DNA of 64,000 nt from Candidatus Eiseniibacteriota bacterium (GTDB taxonomy: Bacteria > Eisenbacteria > RBG-16-71-46), in the NCBI GenBank assembly GCA_038068435.1, contig JBBTLZ010000041.1, positions 142 to 64,141 on the forward strand, given 5' to 3'. The notes below the pieces were generated by a model that worked only from the letters and a program-made list of their open reading frames with translations, did no database searches and was not told the DNA's origin. This document shows, piece after piece, positions 40,845 to 50,989 of this stretch (position 1 is the stretch's first letter; each line of letters starts with the position of its first letter). Made by a program: the position numbers and the translations under genes.

Positions 40845-43800
40845 ATGAGCGAGCCCCGCGACCCCGGACCCCGGCCTCCCGAGACCCCCGAGCCCCCGCC
40901 CGGGCGCAAGCCCCACGGCCTCGCCGAAGAGCTGCGGCACGATCTCGAGGAGGTGGTCGAGCACGTCCCGCGCCCGATCCGCTGGACGGTCGGCAAGCTG
41001 GTGCGCCTGGTGGTGGTGTCGCTGGTCGTGCTGGTGGTGGTGCTGTTCGCCACCGCCGTGCTGTACGTGGCGAACCGGACCGAATGGGTGGCGCAGGAGC
41101 TGGCGCTGGTGATCAACCAGACACTGGCGAGCCGCAGCGACGTGGTGCTCGAGATCGCGGACATCAAGGGCAATCCGCTCACCGGCGTGCGCGTGCTCTC
41201 CCCGCGGGTCCGCTTCCGCGAGGGCGACGCGCCGCCCCTGCTGGAGGCGCCGGCGATGCGCCTGCGGTACCCGGCGTGGGCCCTGCTGACCGGAGGCCGG
41301 GGGCCCATCGTGATCGAGCTCGAACGCCCGGTCATCCGACTCGCGCGCGGCGAGGACGGGAAGCTCCGGCTGCCGGTCTGGAAGCCGGCGTCGTCCCGCG
41401 GCGCGCCGCGCACCCTCGACTTCGTGGTGCGGGTCCGGCAGGGCGCACTCCACACCCCGGACTCGATCGGGCACATCGAGGGACTCGACCTCGACGCGCT
41501 GGCGGCCACCGGGCGCCCGTCGCGGGTGGAGGTGCGCTCGCTGCGCTGGACGCTCGGCCCCTATGGCAGCGTGCTCGAGCGCTGCGCGTTCGATTATGCG
41601 GCCGGCGACAGTGCGCGGCTGCGGGTCACCGAGCTGCGCACCCGCGACCTGGCGCTGCGCGGACAGGCGGCCTGGAAGCCCGGCGTGGCGGACGTGAGCG
41701 CCCACCTCGAGCTGGAGCGCCTCCGCTGGCGCTGGCTCTCGCGCGTGCTCCAGCGCGGCGACCTCGACGTGGCGGGGGAGGGCCGCGGCGTGATCGCCGC
41801 GCGGGGCGGCCGCGCCCTGCAGGGCGAGTTCGCGCTCGGCGGCATCTGGGACAACCTCGCGGTCGACGCGCGGGGGGGGTTCGCGTGGCGCGACCGGCGC
41901 CTCCGCGTCGAGCCGTTGCTCGGCCGCTCGCGGGCGGGGGACCTGGACGGGGTAGTCACCTGGACGAAGCAGGGCTGGGAGATCGCCGCCGGGGTGCGCA
42001 AGGGCGATCCGTCGCGCTGGTCCATCATCGGCGTGCGGAAGTGGCCGGCCGGAGACCTCAACGGCCACTTCCGCTACAACGTGGACACGCGGGGCGTGCG
42101 CCACGCCCGGCTCGCGGCGCGTCTCACGGCCAGCGAGTGGACGGGCTGGCGTGCCGACAGTGGCACGGTGAGCGTCGATTTCACCCCGGTGGGGCCGGAC
42201 AGCTTCGCCGTGCACGCCCTGCGGCGCGGCGGCGAGATGACGCTTCGGGCGCTCTCGGACTCCACCGGCTGGCGCGGCGACTACACGCTCGCGCGCTTCC
42301 CGCTCGACGAGTGGCCGGATGGACGGGCGAGCGGGATACGCGGCACGCTCGCCACCGGGCGCGGCACGGCCGAGAGCCGGCAGGGCGGCCTGCGGGTCAC
42401 GGGGGCGCTCGACGGCGCCGTGACCGACTGGCTCGGCATCCATACCGCCCGCTGGCGCATGAGCGAGATGCACGGCGCGCTGCTGCCGGTGCCGGACCTC
42501 ACGGCGAACCTGCGTCTCGAGGATCTGTTCTTCCTGACGGTCCACTGGGACAGCGCGGGGGTGCCGATCCACGTCGGCGATGGGACGGTGGAGCTGCGGC
42601 GGCTCACGGCCGCCGCCGGGGACACGGTGCTGACCCTCGACGCGCGCGCCGAGTGGGACCGGGACGGCTGGCGGATGATCGCGGGCGCCGCCGAGGCGAG
42701 GAGCACGCAGTTCCACTGGACGGCGGACCCGCCGCTCCGGCTCTCGGGCGGCCCGCGCGGGGTGGACTTCGACCGGCTGATCGCGACCGACGGCGACGCG
42801 CGGCTGGTCATGGAAGGGCGCTGGGCCGGTCCCGGCGGCGGGTACGACTGGACCGGGCGCGCGGAGCGGCTGGACATGGGGCGCCTCGGCTTCCCCCGCG
42901 AATGGGATCTCGCGGGCCGCGCGGACGCCGAGCTGCGGGTGACCGGGGTCGCGGGCGACCCGCGCTGGGAGTTCCACGGACGCTGCCTCCAGCCCGGCAC
43001 CCGCGGCCACGCGGCCGATTCGCTGCGGGTCGTCGCCGGTGGGGGCCCCGGGCGACTCGAGCTGAGCGAGGTGCGCGGGATGCTCGACGGCGGCACGCTG
43101 TCGGTGAGCGGCGAGGTGACGGGCACCGCGCGCGCCTGGCCCGACACGCTCACCGGCTCCGGGGTGCTGCGCTGGATCGCCGATGCCTTGCGCTGGAACG
43201 GGATGCTGCGCCTCGACCGGCTGCCGCTCGACCGCCTGGAGCACATGGTGCCCGCCGCGCGTGCGTGGAAGGGCCGCGTGAGCGGGGCCCTCGAGGTCGG
43301 AGGGCGCCCGGGTGAGCCCACGCTCAGCTGGAACGCCGAGGCGGTGCCGCTCGCGTGGGGCGACTACCGCCTCGACGGTGCCGCCGCGCACGGCCGCTAC
43401 CGCGACGGGCGGCTGGAGGTGCCGGAGTTCCGGATGACGCGCGGCGGCGTGGTGTCCACGGTGAGCGGCTCGATGGCCGTCGGACTGGCACTGGGACGGC
43501 GACCCGAGCTGCCCGAGGCGCCGATGGACTGGCGTGTCGAGCTCCCGAACGGCGATCTCGCGCTGATCCCGATGTTCGTGCCGCAGATCGGCTCGGCGGC
43601 GGGACGGTTCGACCTCTCGGCCCGCCTCGGCGGCACCGCACGGCACCCGAACCTGGCCGGGACGGCGCGCATCCGCGATGGCATCGTCCGGATGGCCGGG
43701 CGCGAGGAGGTGCTGGAGGGCGTGAGCGCCGACCTGACGCTCGACGAGACCCGCATCACGCTCGACACGATGACCGCGCGGCAGCGCACGCGACAGGGCG

Positions 43801-44933
43801 CCCCCGGGCTGGTGAGCGCGCGCGGGGTGGTGGACCTCAAGGGGCTGACGCTCAAGGACTACCGGTTCGATCTCCACCTGCGTGACTTCACCGCGCTCGA
43901 ATCGGGCGTCTACGCGGCGCTCTTCGACGGCGACTTCGCGGTGACCGACGGGCGGAAGGTGAACGGCGCCACGCTGCCGCTGGTGGTCGGCAACGCCGAG
44001 CTGCGCCGTGCGGTCGTACTGTTCGACTTCGCCAACCAGAGCCAGGTGCAGCAGGTCGCGGCGGCGACGCAGCCGCTCTACTGGCTCTACCGTATCCAGC
44101 TCAACGCCACGGACAACCTGCGCTGGCAGCCGTCGGATGCGGACATCGAGTTCAGCGCCGACCTGAGGCTGGAACAGACGCCCGACTCGCTCATCGTCTA
44201 CGGGGACATGTCGGCCCTGCGGGGCAGCTATTACTATCTGAGCAGCAAGTTCAGGATGGACCGTGTCAACCTCACGTTCGACAACGTCGGCGGCGTCAAC
44301 CCGAAGCTGGACATCCTGGCGGTGACACGCGTGCCGAAGAGCGCCCTCACCGGCGGCAGGGGGCCGTCTCTGAGTTCGAGCGACGAGCGTGGGTCCGAGG
44401 ACATCACCGTGACCATCACCGGCCGCGCGAACGAGCCGGTGATGGAGTTCTCCAGCGAAAGCGGGGCCGACGAGCCCCAGGTCTTGAAGGCGCTGACCTA
44501 CGGTCCGGTGCTCACCGAGAAACCCGTCAGGGCCGGTGTGGACTTCGCAGACAACTGGGTGACCCGGAACTTGAACCGCCAGCTGTCGGACGACCTGTCG
44601 CGGGTCTTCCAGGGCTACCTGAGAGATTGGGAGCTGGCGCGCGAATCGGGCGGGCTGTTCCAGGGCGAGGGGGATGTCGTGCTGGGCGTTACCAGTCAGC
44701 TCACCCGCAAGATCGACCTCCGCTACCGGCAACGGCTGCCGGGATCCGCGCGGCCGACCGCGAACCTGACCACCACCCCCTTCGAGCGGGACGTCGCCGC
44801 CGAGTTCCGGATCAACCGGTTCTTCTACATCACCAGCGAGCTCATCCAGCGGCGCACGCTGACCAGCACCTCCGGGGCGGCGCCCACGGCCCCCGAGTTC
44901 AACCTCAACCTGAAGGCCCGGTGGGAGTACTGA
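40845..44933 (+). CDS. tamB: Translocation and assembly module subunit TamB (DUF490 C-terminus)
   Basis: N-terminal signal-anchor, very long beta-rich periplasmic span, and a conserved DUF490-like C-terminal region (...GDMSALRGSYYYLSSKFRMDRVNLTFD...). Confidence 0.85.
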   Translation: MSEPRDPGPRPPETPEPPPGRKPHGLAEELRHDLEEVVEHVPRPIRWTVGKLVRLVVVSLVVLVVVLFATAVLYVANRTEWVAQELALVINQTLASRSDVVLEIADIKGNPLTGVRVLSPRVRFREGDAPPLLEAPAMRLRYPAWALLTGGRGPIVIELERPVIRLARGEDGKLRLPVWKPASSRGAPRTLDFVVRVRQGALHTPDSIGHIEGLDLDALAATGRPSRVEVRSLRWTLGPYGSVLERCAFDYAAGDSARLRVTELRTRDLALRGQAAWKPGVADVSAHLELERLRWRWLSRVLQRGDLDVAGEGRGVIAARGGRALQGEFALGGIWDNLAVDARGGFAWRDRRLRVEPLLGRSRAGDLDGVVTWTKQGWEIAAGVRKGDPSRWSIIGVRKWPAGDLNGHFRYNVDTRGVRHARLAARLTASEWTGWRADSGTVSVDFTPVGPDSFAVHALRRGGEMTLRALSDSTGWRGDYTLARFPLDEWPDGRASGIRGTLATGRGTAESRQGGLRVTGALDGAVTDWLGIHTARWRMSEMHGALLPVPDLTANLRLEDLFFLTVHWDSAGVPIHVGDGTVELRRLTAAAGDTVLTLDARAEWDRDGWRMIAGAAEARSTQFHWTADPPLRLSGGPRGVDFDRLIATDGDARLVMEGRWAGPGGGYDWTGRAERLDMGRLGFPREWDLAGRADAELRVTGVAGDPRWEFHGRCLQPGTRGHAADSLRVVAGGGPGRLELSEVRGMLDGGTLSVSGEVTGTARAWPDTLTGSGVLRWIADALRWNGMLRLDRLPLDRLEHMVPAARAWKGRVSGALEVGGRPGEPTLSWNAEAVPLAWGDYRLDGAAAHGRYRDGRLEVPEFRMTRGGVVSTVSGSMAVGLALGRRPELPEAPMDWRVELPNGDLALIPMFVPQIGSAAGRFDLSARLGGTARHPNLAGTARIRDGIVRMAGREEVLEGVSADLTLDETRITLDTMTARQRTRQGAPGLVSARGVVDLKGLTLKDYRFDLHLRDFTALESGVYAALFDGDFAVTDGRKVNGATLPLVVGNAELRRAVVLFDFANQSQVQQVAAATQPLYWLYRIQLNATDNLRWQPSDADIEFSADLRLEQTPDSLIVYGDMSALRGSYYYLSSKFRMDRVNLTFDNVGGVNPKLDILAVTRVPKSALTGGRGPSLSSSDERGSEDITVTITGRANEPVMEFSSESGADEPQVLKALTYGPVLTEKPVRAGVDFADNWVTRNLNRQLSDDLSRVFQGYLRDWELARESGGLFQGEGDVVLGVTSQLTRKIDLRYRQRLPGSARPTANLTTTPFERDVAAEFRINRFFYITSELIQRRTLTSTSGAAPTAPEFNLNLKARWEY

Positions 44934-45091
44934 GAGCCCCTCCCGGGGCGGATCGCGGTAGGCGGGCCGACGCCCGGCCCCGCGTAGGCTAGAATGTCCG
45001 AACCCGGATCGGGGGTCGGCGTATTCAAAGGGGAGCACATCGCCCCCGGGCGTCAACCACGAAGGCCGGTCGCCAGGAAAGGATCATCCGC

Positions 45092-48000
45092 ATGAGCATG
45101 CTGAGGGGCGTGGCATGGGTCGCGCTGGCGTTCGCGGTCTCCGCCGTCACCCCGCGGGGGGCGGACGCGCAGTACTTCGGTCAGAACAAGGTCCAGTACC
45201 GTGGGTACGACTGGCGGTCGCTCACCTCGGATCATTTCGAGGTGTACTTCTACACCGGGCTCGACAGTCTCGCGCGCCGCACCGTGGACCTGGCCGAGAA
45301 GACCAACGCGATGCTGTCCGAGCGTATGGGCCACGCCCTCGGCCGTCGGGTGCCCATCATCCTCTACGGGTCCCACAACGATTTCTCCCAGACCAACGTC
45401 ACCCCCCAGCTGATCGATGCCGGCACCGGCGGCTTTACCGAGGCGTTGCGCAACCGCGTGGTCCTGCCGTTCACCGGGTCGTACGAGGACTTCCGCCACG
45501 TCGTGGTGCACGAGCTGACCCACGCCTACATGTTCGACATGCTGTACAGGGGCTCGGCGGCCTCGCTGATCGCGCGCCAGAGCTTCTTCTCGGTGCCCCT
45601 GTGGTTCGCCGAGGGCCTGGCCGAGTACTACTCGCTCGGGATGGATTCCAACGCCGAGATGTTCCTGCGCGACGGCGCGGTGGCCGGCTACCTGGCGCCG
45701 CTCCCGTATGGCGGCGGCTACCTGGTGTACAAGCAGGGCCAGTCGGCGCTCGCCTACCTGGTGGAGCGGCACGGCGAGGACCGCCTGCGTGACCTGTTGC
45801 AGCGCATCCGCGTCACCCGCAACTTCGACCGCGCGTTCCAGCGGAGCATGGGCCTGTCGGTCGAGCGCTTCGACGAGCAGTGGCGGACCTGGCTGCGCAA
45901 GACCTACTGGCCGACCGTGGCGACCAAGGAGAACCCGGAGGAGTTCGCCCGCCGGCTCACCGACCACCGGCGCGACGAGAGCAGCCTGAACACCTCGCCC
46001 TCCGTCTCGCCGCAGGGGGACCGCATCGCCTACTTCTCAGACCGCCGCCAGTACACCGACGTCTACCTGATGTCGGCGCTGGACGGAAAGGTCATGCGGC
46101 GCGTCATCCGCGGCGAGCGCAACGTCAAGTTCGAGAGCATCCCGTCGTTCCGCAGCGCGCTCACCTGGTCGCCCGATGGGAGCACGCTCGGCCTCACGGC
46201 CAAGTCCGCGGGCCGGGACGTGCTCTACCTGGTCTCGGCCAGGAACGGCCGGGTCGTGAAGCGCCTGGATCTCGATGTGGACGCCCTCTACTACCCGGCA
46301 TGGTCCCCGGTGTCCGATTCGCTGGTGGTCGTGGGGGTGAAGGACGGACGCTCCGACCTGTGGCTGGTCGATACCGGGACCGGAGCGGTGACGCGCCTCA
46401 CCGACGACACCTGGGACGAGAAGGAGCCCGCGTGGACCCCGGACGGCCGCACGCTCACGTTCTCCTCCGACCGGCTGGCGCCGCTCGTGCTGCATCCGCG
46501 GCGGCTCGAGCGGGGGTTCGGCACCTACGGCCTCTTCGACCTGGAACTCGCGAGCGGCCAGGTCAGGCGCGTGCTCGACACGCACGGTGACGACCACTCC
46601 CCGGCGTGGTCGCCGGACGGACGCAAGCTGGTGTTCATCACCGACCGGAGCGGCACCCCGAACATCTGCCTCTATGACCTGGCGGACAGCTCGATCACGC
46701 AGCTCACCGACGTGCTGGGCGGCGTGAGCAGTCTCTCGTGGTCGCGCGAGAACGACCGGCTGGTCTTCTCGGCGTTCAATCGGGGCGGCTTCGACGTGTT
46801 CGCGGTCAAGGAGCCACTCTCGATCGACGCGGTGGTGGCGCGCCTGCGGCGCCAGACGCCGCAGGCGGTGTTGAGTCTCGCCGCGGCCGCCCGAGAAGCG
46901 GAGCGCGATACCACGCCGCCGCCGCCCTCACTCGGGGCCCTGGCCGGCGCGTGGCCCGAGTCGCTGACGACGGTGACCGACACCCTGCGCACCGCCCGCC
47001 CGACCGACGAAGGGCCGATGACCATGGGCGGGCATGCCGATTCGTCGCGGGTGGCCGCGGAACGGCCGTTCGAGCCGCCGCCCTGGAGCGGTGGCCGGTT
47101 CCATCCGTATCCGGCGCCGCGCGACACCGTCCCGCGGCTGGTCGAGCGCACGCCGTTGGTCGAGCGCGGCGGCCCGTTCGCGCTCCCCGACTCGGTGCTC
47201 GACCAGCCGCCGGCGCGCTACAAGGTGAAGCTCGCCCCCGACTACGCGGGCGGCGGTTTCTACGCCGCCTCGAGCTTCGGCTTCATCGGCAGCACCCAGT
47301 TCCTGCTCAGCGACTTCCTCGGCGATCACAGCCTCTACATCGCCAGCGACGTCTTCAGCTCCTCGCTCCAGGAGACCAACGCGCTGGTCCTCTACAACTA
47401 CCTGCCGCGGCGCTGGGACTTCGGTGGCGGGCTCTTCCACTTCAAGAACTACTACTCTTCGCGGGTCACCACCCTCGGCGATGCGCTCGGCAGCCCGCGC
47501 CTGTTCTCCGAGCGCAACTTCGGGGCGCTCGTCAGCGCGTCGTACCCGTTCGACCGGTTCCGCCGCATGGAGTTGAACTTCACGCAGCTGTTCGCCGAGA
47601 TCCGGTTCTTCGACCCGCTGTTCGGCACGCCGCTGGAGCGGAAGTTCCAGTCGGTGTCGTCCCCCTCGGTGTCGCTGGTGGGGGACAACGCGCTCTACGG
47701 CTACTTCGGACCCGCGAACGGGCACCGCTACAACCTGACCTACAGCCCCTCCCTGCCGGTGTTCCCGAACGGGCTCTCCTACCACACCGTGACCGCCGAC
47801 ATCCGGCACTATTGGGACCTGACGCACGGCTACACGTTCGCGGTGCGGGGACTGGGCGGGTACAGCGCCGGTCTCGACCCGCGGACCTTCTTTGTCGGCG
47901 GCTACTCGACCCTGCGTGGCTTCGACGATTTCTCGCTCGAGGGCCGGCGGGTGGCGATCGGCAACGTCGAGTTCCGCTTCCCGTTCATCCAGCAGCTGGG

Positions 48001-48298
48001 TCTGGTCGGACCGGTGCCGCTCGGGGTCTTCAACCTGCGCGGGGCGGTGTTCGCGGACTTTGGCGCGGTGTGGGACGCGGGGGACCAGGTGCAGCTGAGC
48101 GTCATCTCCCGTGCTGAGAATGACCCGCTCTCCGCGCCGACGCCGCGCGGCGTGTTCAAGGGCGGCGCGTTCAGCTACGGCGCGGGCATCCGCACCGCGA
48201 TCTACTTCTTCATCCTCAAGGTGGACGCGGCCTGGAACACCGATTTCCGGACCAGCAGCACGCCACGCTGGCATTTCAGCGTCGGCCCCGAGTTCTGA
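45092..48298 (+). CDS. 1068-aa three-domain outer-membrane protein: peptidase-MA-like (HExxH...EGLAEY) domain, TolB-like PD40 beta-propeller, and an Omp85-type beta-barrel
   Basis: Signal peptide. VVVHELTHAY...WFAEGLAEYY (gluzincin-like). Six PD40-like repeats (SPQGDRIAYFSDR, SPDGSTLGL, TPDGRTLTFSSDR, SPDGRKLVFITDR ...). C-terminal GGYSTLRGFDDFSLEGRRVAIGNVEFRFP ... FADFGAVWDAG ... WHFSVGPEF. Confidence 0.85.
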   Translation: MSMLRGVAWVALAFAVSAVTPRGADAQYFGQNKVQYRGYDWRSLTSDHFEVYFYTGLDSLARRTVDLAEKTNAMLSERMGHALGRRVPIILYGSHNDFSQTNVTPQLIDAGTGGFTEALRNRVVLPFTGSYEDFRHVVVHELTHAYMFDMLYRGSAASLIARQSFFSVPLWFAEGLAEYYSLGMDSNAEMFLRDGAVAGYLAPLPYGGGYLVYKQGQSALAYLVERHGEDRLRDLLQRIRVTRNFDRAFQRSMGLSVERFDEQWRTWLRKTYWPTVATKENPEEFARRLTDHRRDESSLNTSPSVSPQGDRIAYFSDRRQYTDVYLMSALDGKVMRRVIRGERNVKFESIPSFRSALTWSPDGSTLGLTAKSAGRDVLYLVSARNGRVVKRLDLDVDALYYPAWSPVSDSLVVVGVKDGRSDLWLVDTGTGAVTRLTDDTWDEKEPAWTPDGRTLTFSSDRLAPLVLHPRRLERGFGTYGLFDLELASGQVRRVLDTHGDDHSPAWSPDGRKLVFITDRSGTPNICLYDLADSSITQLTDVLGGVSSLSWSRENDRLVFSAFNRGGFDVFAVKEPLSIDAVVARLRRQTPQAVLSLAAAAREAERDTTPPPPSLGALAGAWPESLTTVTDTLRTARPTDEGPMTMGGHADSSRVAAERPFEPPPWSGGRFHPYPAPRDTVPRLVERTPLVERGGPFALPDSVLDQPPARYKVKLAPDYAGGGFYAASSFGFIGSTQFLLSDFLGDHSLYIASDVFSSSLQETNALVLYNYLPRRWDFGGGLFHFKNYYSSRVTTLGDALGSPRLFSERNFGALVSASYPFDRFRRMELNFTQLFAEIRFFDPLFGTPLERKFQSVSSPSVSLVGDNALYGYFGPANGHRYNLTYSPSLPVFPNGLSYHTVTADIRHYWDLTHGYTFAVRGLGGYSAGLDPRTFFVGGYSTLRGFDDFSLEGRRVAIGNVEFRFPFIQQLGLVGPVPLGVFNLRGAVFADFGAVWDAGDQVQLSVISRAENDPLSAPTPRGVFKGGAFSYGAGIRTAIYFFILKVDAAWNTDFRTSSTPRWHFSVGPEF

Positions 48299-48331
48299 GC
48301 GCGGCGGTCGCCGCGACCGAGAGCCCCTCGA

Positions 48332-48360
48332 TTGTCCGTCGGGGGGCTTTCGGCTAGATT
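48332..48360 (+). promoter_or_regulatory. Candidate promoter TTGTCC-N17-TAGATT for uvrD
   Basis: Hexamers with a 17-nt spacer, about 45 nt before the TTG start of uvrD. Confidence 0.35.
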
Positions 48361-48405
48361 GCGGCCGTCCCCACGCGCCCACCGTCACCCGGAAGAACCC
48401 AGCCT

Positions 48406-50706
48406 TTGGAACCGTTCCCGGACCTCAATCCCGAGCAGCGCGCGGCCGTCGAGCACGCCGAGGGCGCCGTCCTGGTGGTCGCGGGGGCCGGCAGCGGCAA
48501 GACCCGCGTGCTCACCGCACGGGTCGCCCACCTGTTCGCGCGCGGCGTACCGCCGGAGGCGGTGCTCGCCTTCACCTTCACCAACCGCGCGGCGCGGGAG
48601 ATGCGGGAACGCATCGCCCGCACGCTCGGCGAGGCGGCGGAGCGCGTCTGGGTCGGGACTTTCCACGGCACCGGTGTGCGCATCCTGAGGCGGGAGACGC
48701 GGGCAGGGGCGGTGGACGGCCTGCGGGCGGAGTTCGTCATCTACGATCGCGAGGACCAGGAGTCGGTGCTGGGCGAGGTCGTGCAGGCGCTGGGGCTCCC
48801 GGAAGGAGCCCTTCGCACCGGTGAGGTGCTGCGGCGTATCGCCGACGCCAAGAACGCGCTGGTCTCCGCTGACGAGCTGGAACGACTGGCCGTGAGCCCG
48901 CACGAGCGCCGCATCGCCGAGTGCTACCGGCGCTACCAGCAGGCGCTCCGCGCGCAGGGGGCGCTCGACTTCGACGACCTGATCGCCGAGGTCGTGCGGC
49001 TGATGCGCGCCCGGCCCGAGGTGGCCGAGCGCTACCAGCGGCGCTTCCGCCACGTGCTGGTCGATGAGTACCAGGACACGAATCACGCGCAGTTCCGACT
49101 GGTCCAGGCGCTGGCGGCGGGACACGGGAACCTGTTCGTGGTCGGCGACGACGACCAGTCCATCTACGGCTGGCGCGGGGCGGACCTCTCGAACGTGCTC
49201 GACTTCGAGCAGGCATTCCCGGGTGCTGCCGTCATCCGGCTCGAGCAGAACTACCGGTCGACCGCCAACATCCTGCACGCGGCGAATGCCGTCATCGCCC
49301 ACAACCGCGACCGGAAAGGCAAGCGGCTGTGGTGCGAGCGCGAGGAGGGCGCCCGCCTGCGCTTCGTGCTGGCGGCCGACGAGCGGGACGAGGCGCGCAA
49401 GGTGCGCGCGTTCCTCGAGGCACGCCTGCGTCGGGGCGGGCGGCTCGACGAATGCGCGGTGCTCTACCGCACCAACGCGCAGTCGCGCGCGCTCGAGACC
49501 GAGCTGCGCCAGCAGGGGCTGCGCTACGAGATCGTGGGCGGCATCTCCTTCTATGCGCGCCGCGAGGTGAAGGATCTGCTCGCCTACCTGCGGCTGGCCG
49601 CCAACCCCGCCGACCGGGTGGCCTTCTGGCGCGTATGGAACACCCCACGGCGCGGGCTCGGCGACGCGGTGCGGGGGCGCCTCGAGGCGCGCGACGCCGA
49701 GCGGCCGCTGGAAGCACTGCGGGCCCTGGCGGCCGAAGGGGCGCTCAAGGGCGGCGCCCGCAGCGGCGCCGGGGCGTTCCTGTCGCTGATGGACGAGCTG
49801 CGGGCGGGCCTCGCCGCGCCCCCCGCCGAGCTGCTGCGGCTGGTGCTCGAGCGCACCGAGTACCTGCGCGTGCTGGACGAGAACGCGGAGGGGGAGGCCG
49901 GCGACCGGCGGGCGAACGTCGAGGAGCTGGTGGCGACGGCGGCGGAGTACCGACCGGCCGACGGGCCGGACGGCGTGCTGGGTTTTCTCGCCGAGACGGC
50001 ACTGCTCACCGACGCCGACCGTCTCGAGGAGGGCGCCGACCGCGTGCTGCTCCTCACCGCGCACAACGCGAAGGGCCTTGAGTTCCCGGCGGTGGTGGTG
50101 GCGGGCCTCGAGGAAGGGCTCTTCCCCCATGCCTCGGCGCTCGAGGAGCCGCGCCAGCTGGAGGAGGAGCGCCGCCTCTTCTACGTCGCGCTCACCCGCG
50201 CCCGGGACGAGGTGCTGCTCACCGCCGCCGCCTACCGGCGGCGGATGGTGCCGGGCGGCGCGTTCGTGGCCCGCGGCGGCCAGGTGTCGCGATTCGTCGA
50301 CGAGATCCCCGCCGAGCTCCTCGACCGCGAGGAGTCGCCGGTGATCGCATGGGCCGGGGCCGATTCGGGCTCCGGCCGATGGGCCGGGGATCCCCCTTCT
50401 GGGCGGGACCCGTCGCTTCGCTCCGGCCCCGGGGCACCCACGGCGCGCGAAGCGCGGCGTGGGTCGCGCGGGACCCCGGCCCTTCGCCCGGCGCATGACG
50501 CCAGGTCGGGTCCCGCCTACCGCACGACCGGGGCGCTGGCGCGCACCGTCGGGCGGGAGGTCTATCATGAGACCTTCGGCCTCGGGGTGGTGGTGATGGC
50601 CGAGGGCGAAGGCAGCGAGGTCAAGTTCTCCGTGCGCTTCGGCACCGTGATCCGCAAGGTGCTGGGGCGCTTCCTCACCGGAGGGGTCGATGTCGATCAG
50701 CCGTGA
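48406..50706 (+). CDS. uvrD: ATP-dependent DNA helicase (UvrD/PcrA/Rep family)
   Basis: Walker A AGAGSGKTRVLT, helicase motifs I-VI, and a C-terminal UvrD-C/Tudor-like tail. Confidence 0.92.
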   Translation: MEPFPDLNPEQRAAVEHAEGAVLVVAGAGSGKTRVLTARVAHLFARGVPPEAVLAFTFTNRAAREMRERIARTLGEAAERVWVGTFHGTGVRILRRETRAGAVDGLRAEFVIYDREDQESVLGEVVQALGLPEGALRTGEVLRRIADAKNALVSADELERLAVSPHERRIAECYRRYQQALRAQGALDFDDLIAEVVRLMRARPEVAERYQRRFRHVLVDEYQDTNHAQFRLVQALAAGHGNLFVVGDDDQSIYGWRGADLSNVLDFEQAFPGAAVIRLEQNYRSTANILHAANAVIAHNRDRKGKRLWCEREEGARLRFVLAADERDEARKVRAFLEARLRRGGRLDECAVLYRTNAQSRALETELRQQGLRYEIVGGISFYARREVKDLLAYLRLAANPADRVAFWRVWNTPRRGLGDAVRGRLEARDAERPLEALRALAAEGALKGGARSGAGAFLSLMDELRAGLAAPPAELLRLVLERTEYLRVLDENAEGEAGDRRANVEELVATAAEYRPADGPDGVLGFLAETALLTDADRLEEGADRVLLLTAHNAKGLEFPAVVVAGLEEGLFPHASALEEPRQLEEERRLFYVALTRARDEVLLTAAAYRRRMVPGGAFVARGGQVSRFVDEIPAELLDREESPVIAWAGADSGSGRWAGDPPSGRDPSLRSGPGAPTAREARRGSRGTPALRPAHDARSGPAYRTTGALARTVGREVYHETFGLGVVVMAEGEGSEVKFSVRFGTVIRKVLGRFLTGGVDVDQP

Positions 50707-50989
50707 CGATGTGCGGAAGATCGCCGAGCTGGCGCGGCTCGAGATCGCCGAGGATCGCATCGAGCGCATGGCGCGCGAGCTCTCGGCGGTGCTCGATTAC
50801 GCCGCGTCGCTCGGGCAGCTCGATCTGCAGGGCTGCGAGCCCACCGCCTTCGCGCCGGCGGAGGCCCCGCTGCGCGAGGACGGCCTCGACGAACGGCGGC
50901 TCACTCCCGAGATGGCACTGGCCGCCGCACCCGAGGCGGAGCAGGGCTTCTTCTTGGTGCCACCGATCGTGGAGAACCTGAACCCGTGA
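50690..50989 (+). CDS. gatC: Asp/Glu-tRNA(Asn/Gln) amidotransferase subunit C
   Basis: GatC family (VRKIAELARLEI...). Overlaps the uvrD 3' end by 17 nt. Confidence 0.9.
   Translation: MSISRDDVRKIAELARLEIAEDRIERMARELSAVLDYAASLGQLDLQGCEPTAFAPAEAPLREDGLDERRLTPEMALAAAPEAEQGFFLVPPIVENLNP

Noticed and set aside
40776-45056. 1426-aa minus-strand ORF
   Set aside because: Antisense to tamB, whose DUF490 and secretion features are on the + strand.
44934-45091. Promoter for the Omp85-fusion gene (TAGAAT at about 44979)
   Set aside because: It has a good -10 but no acceptable -35 (CCGACG). The gene is more likely co-transcribed with tamB, so I did not call it.
46928-50769. 486-aa and 794-aa minus-strand ORFs
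   Set aside because: Antisense to the Omp85-fusion gene and uvrD.
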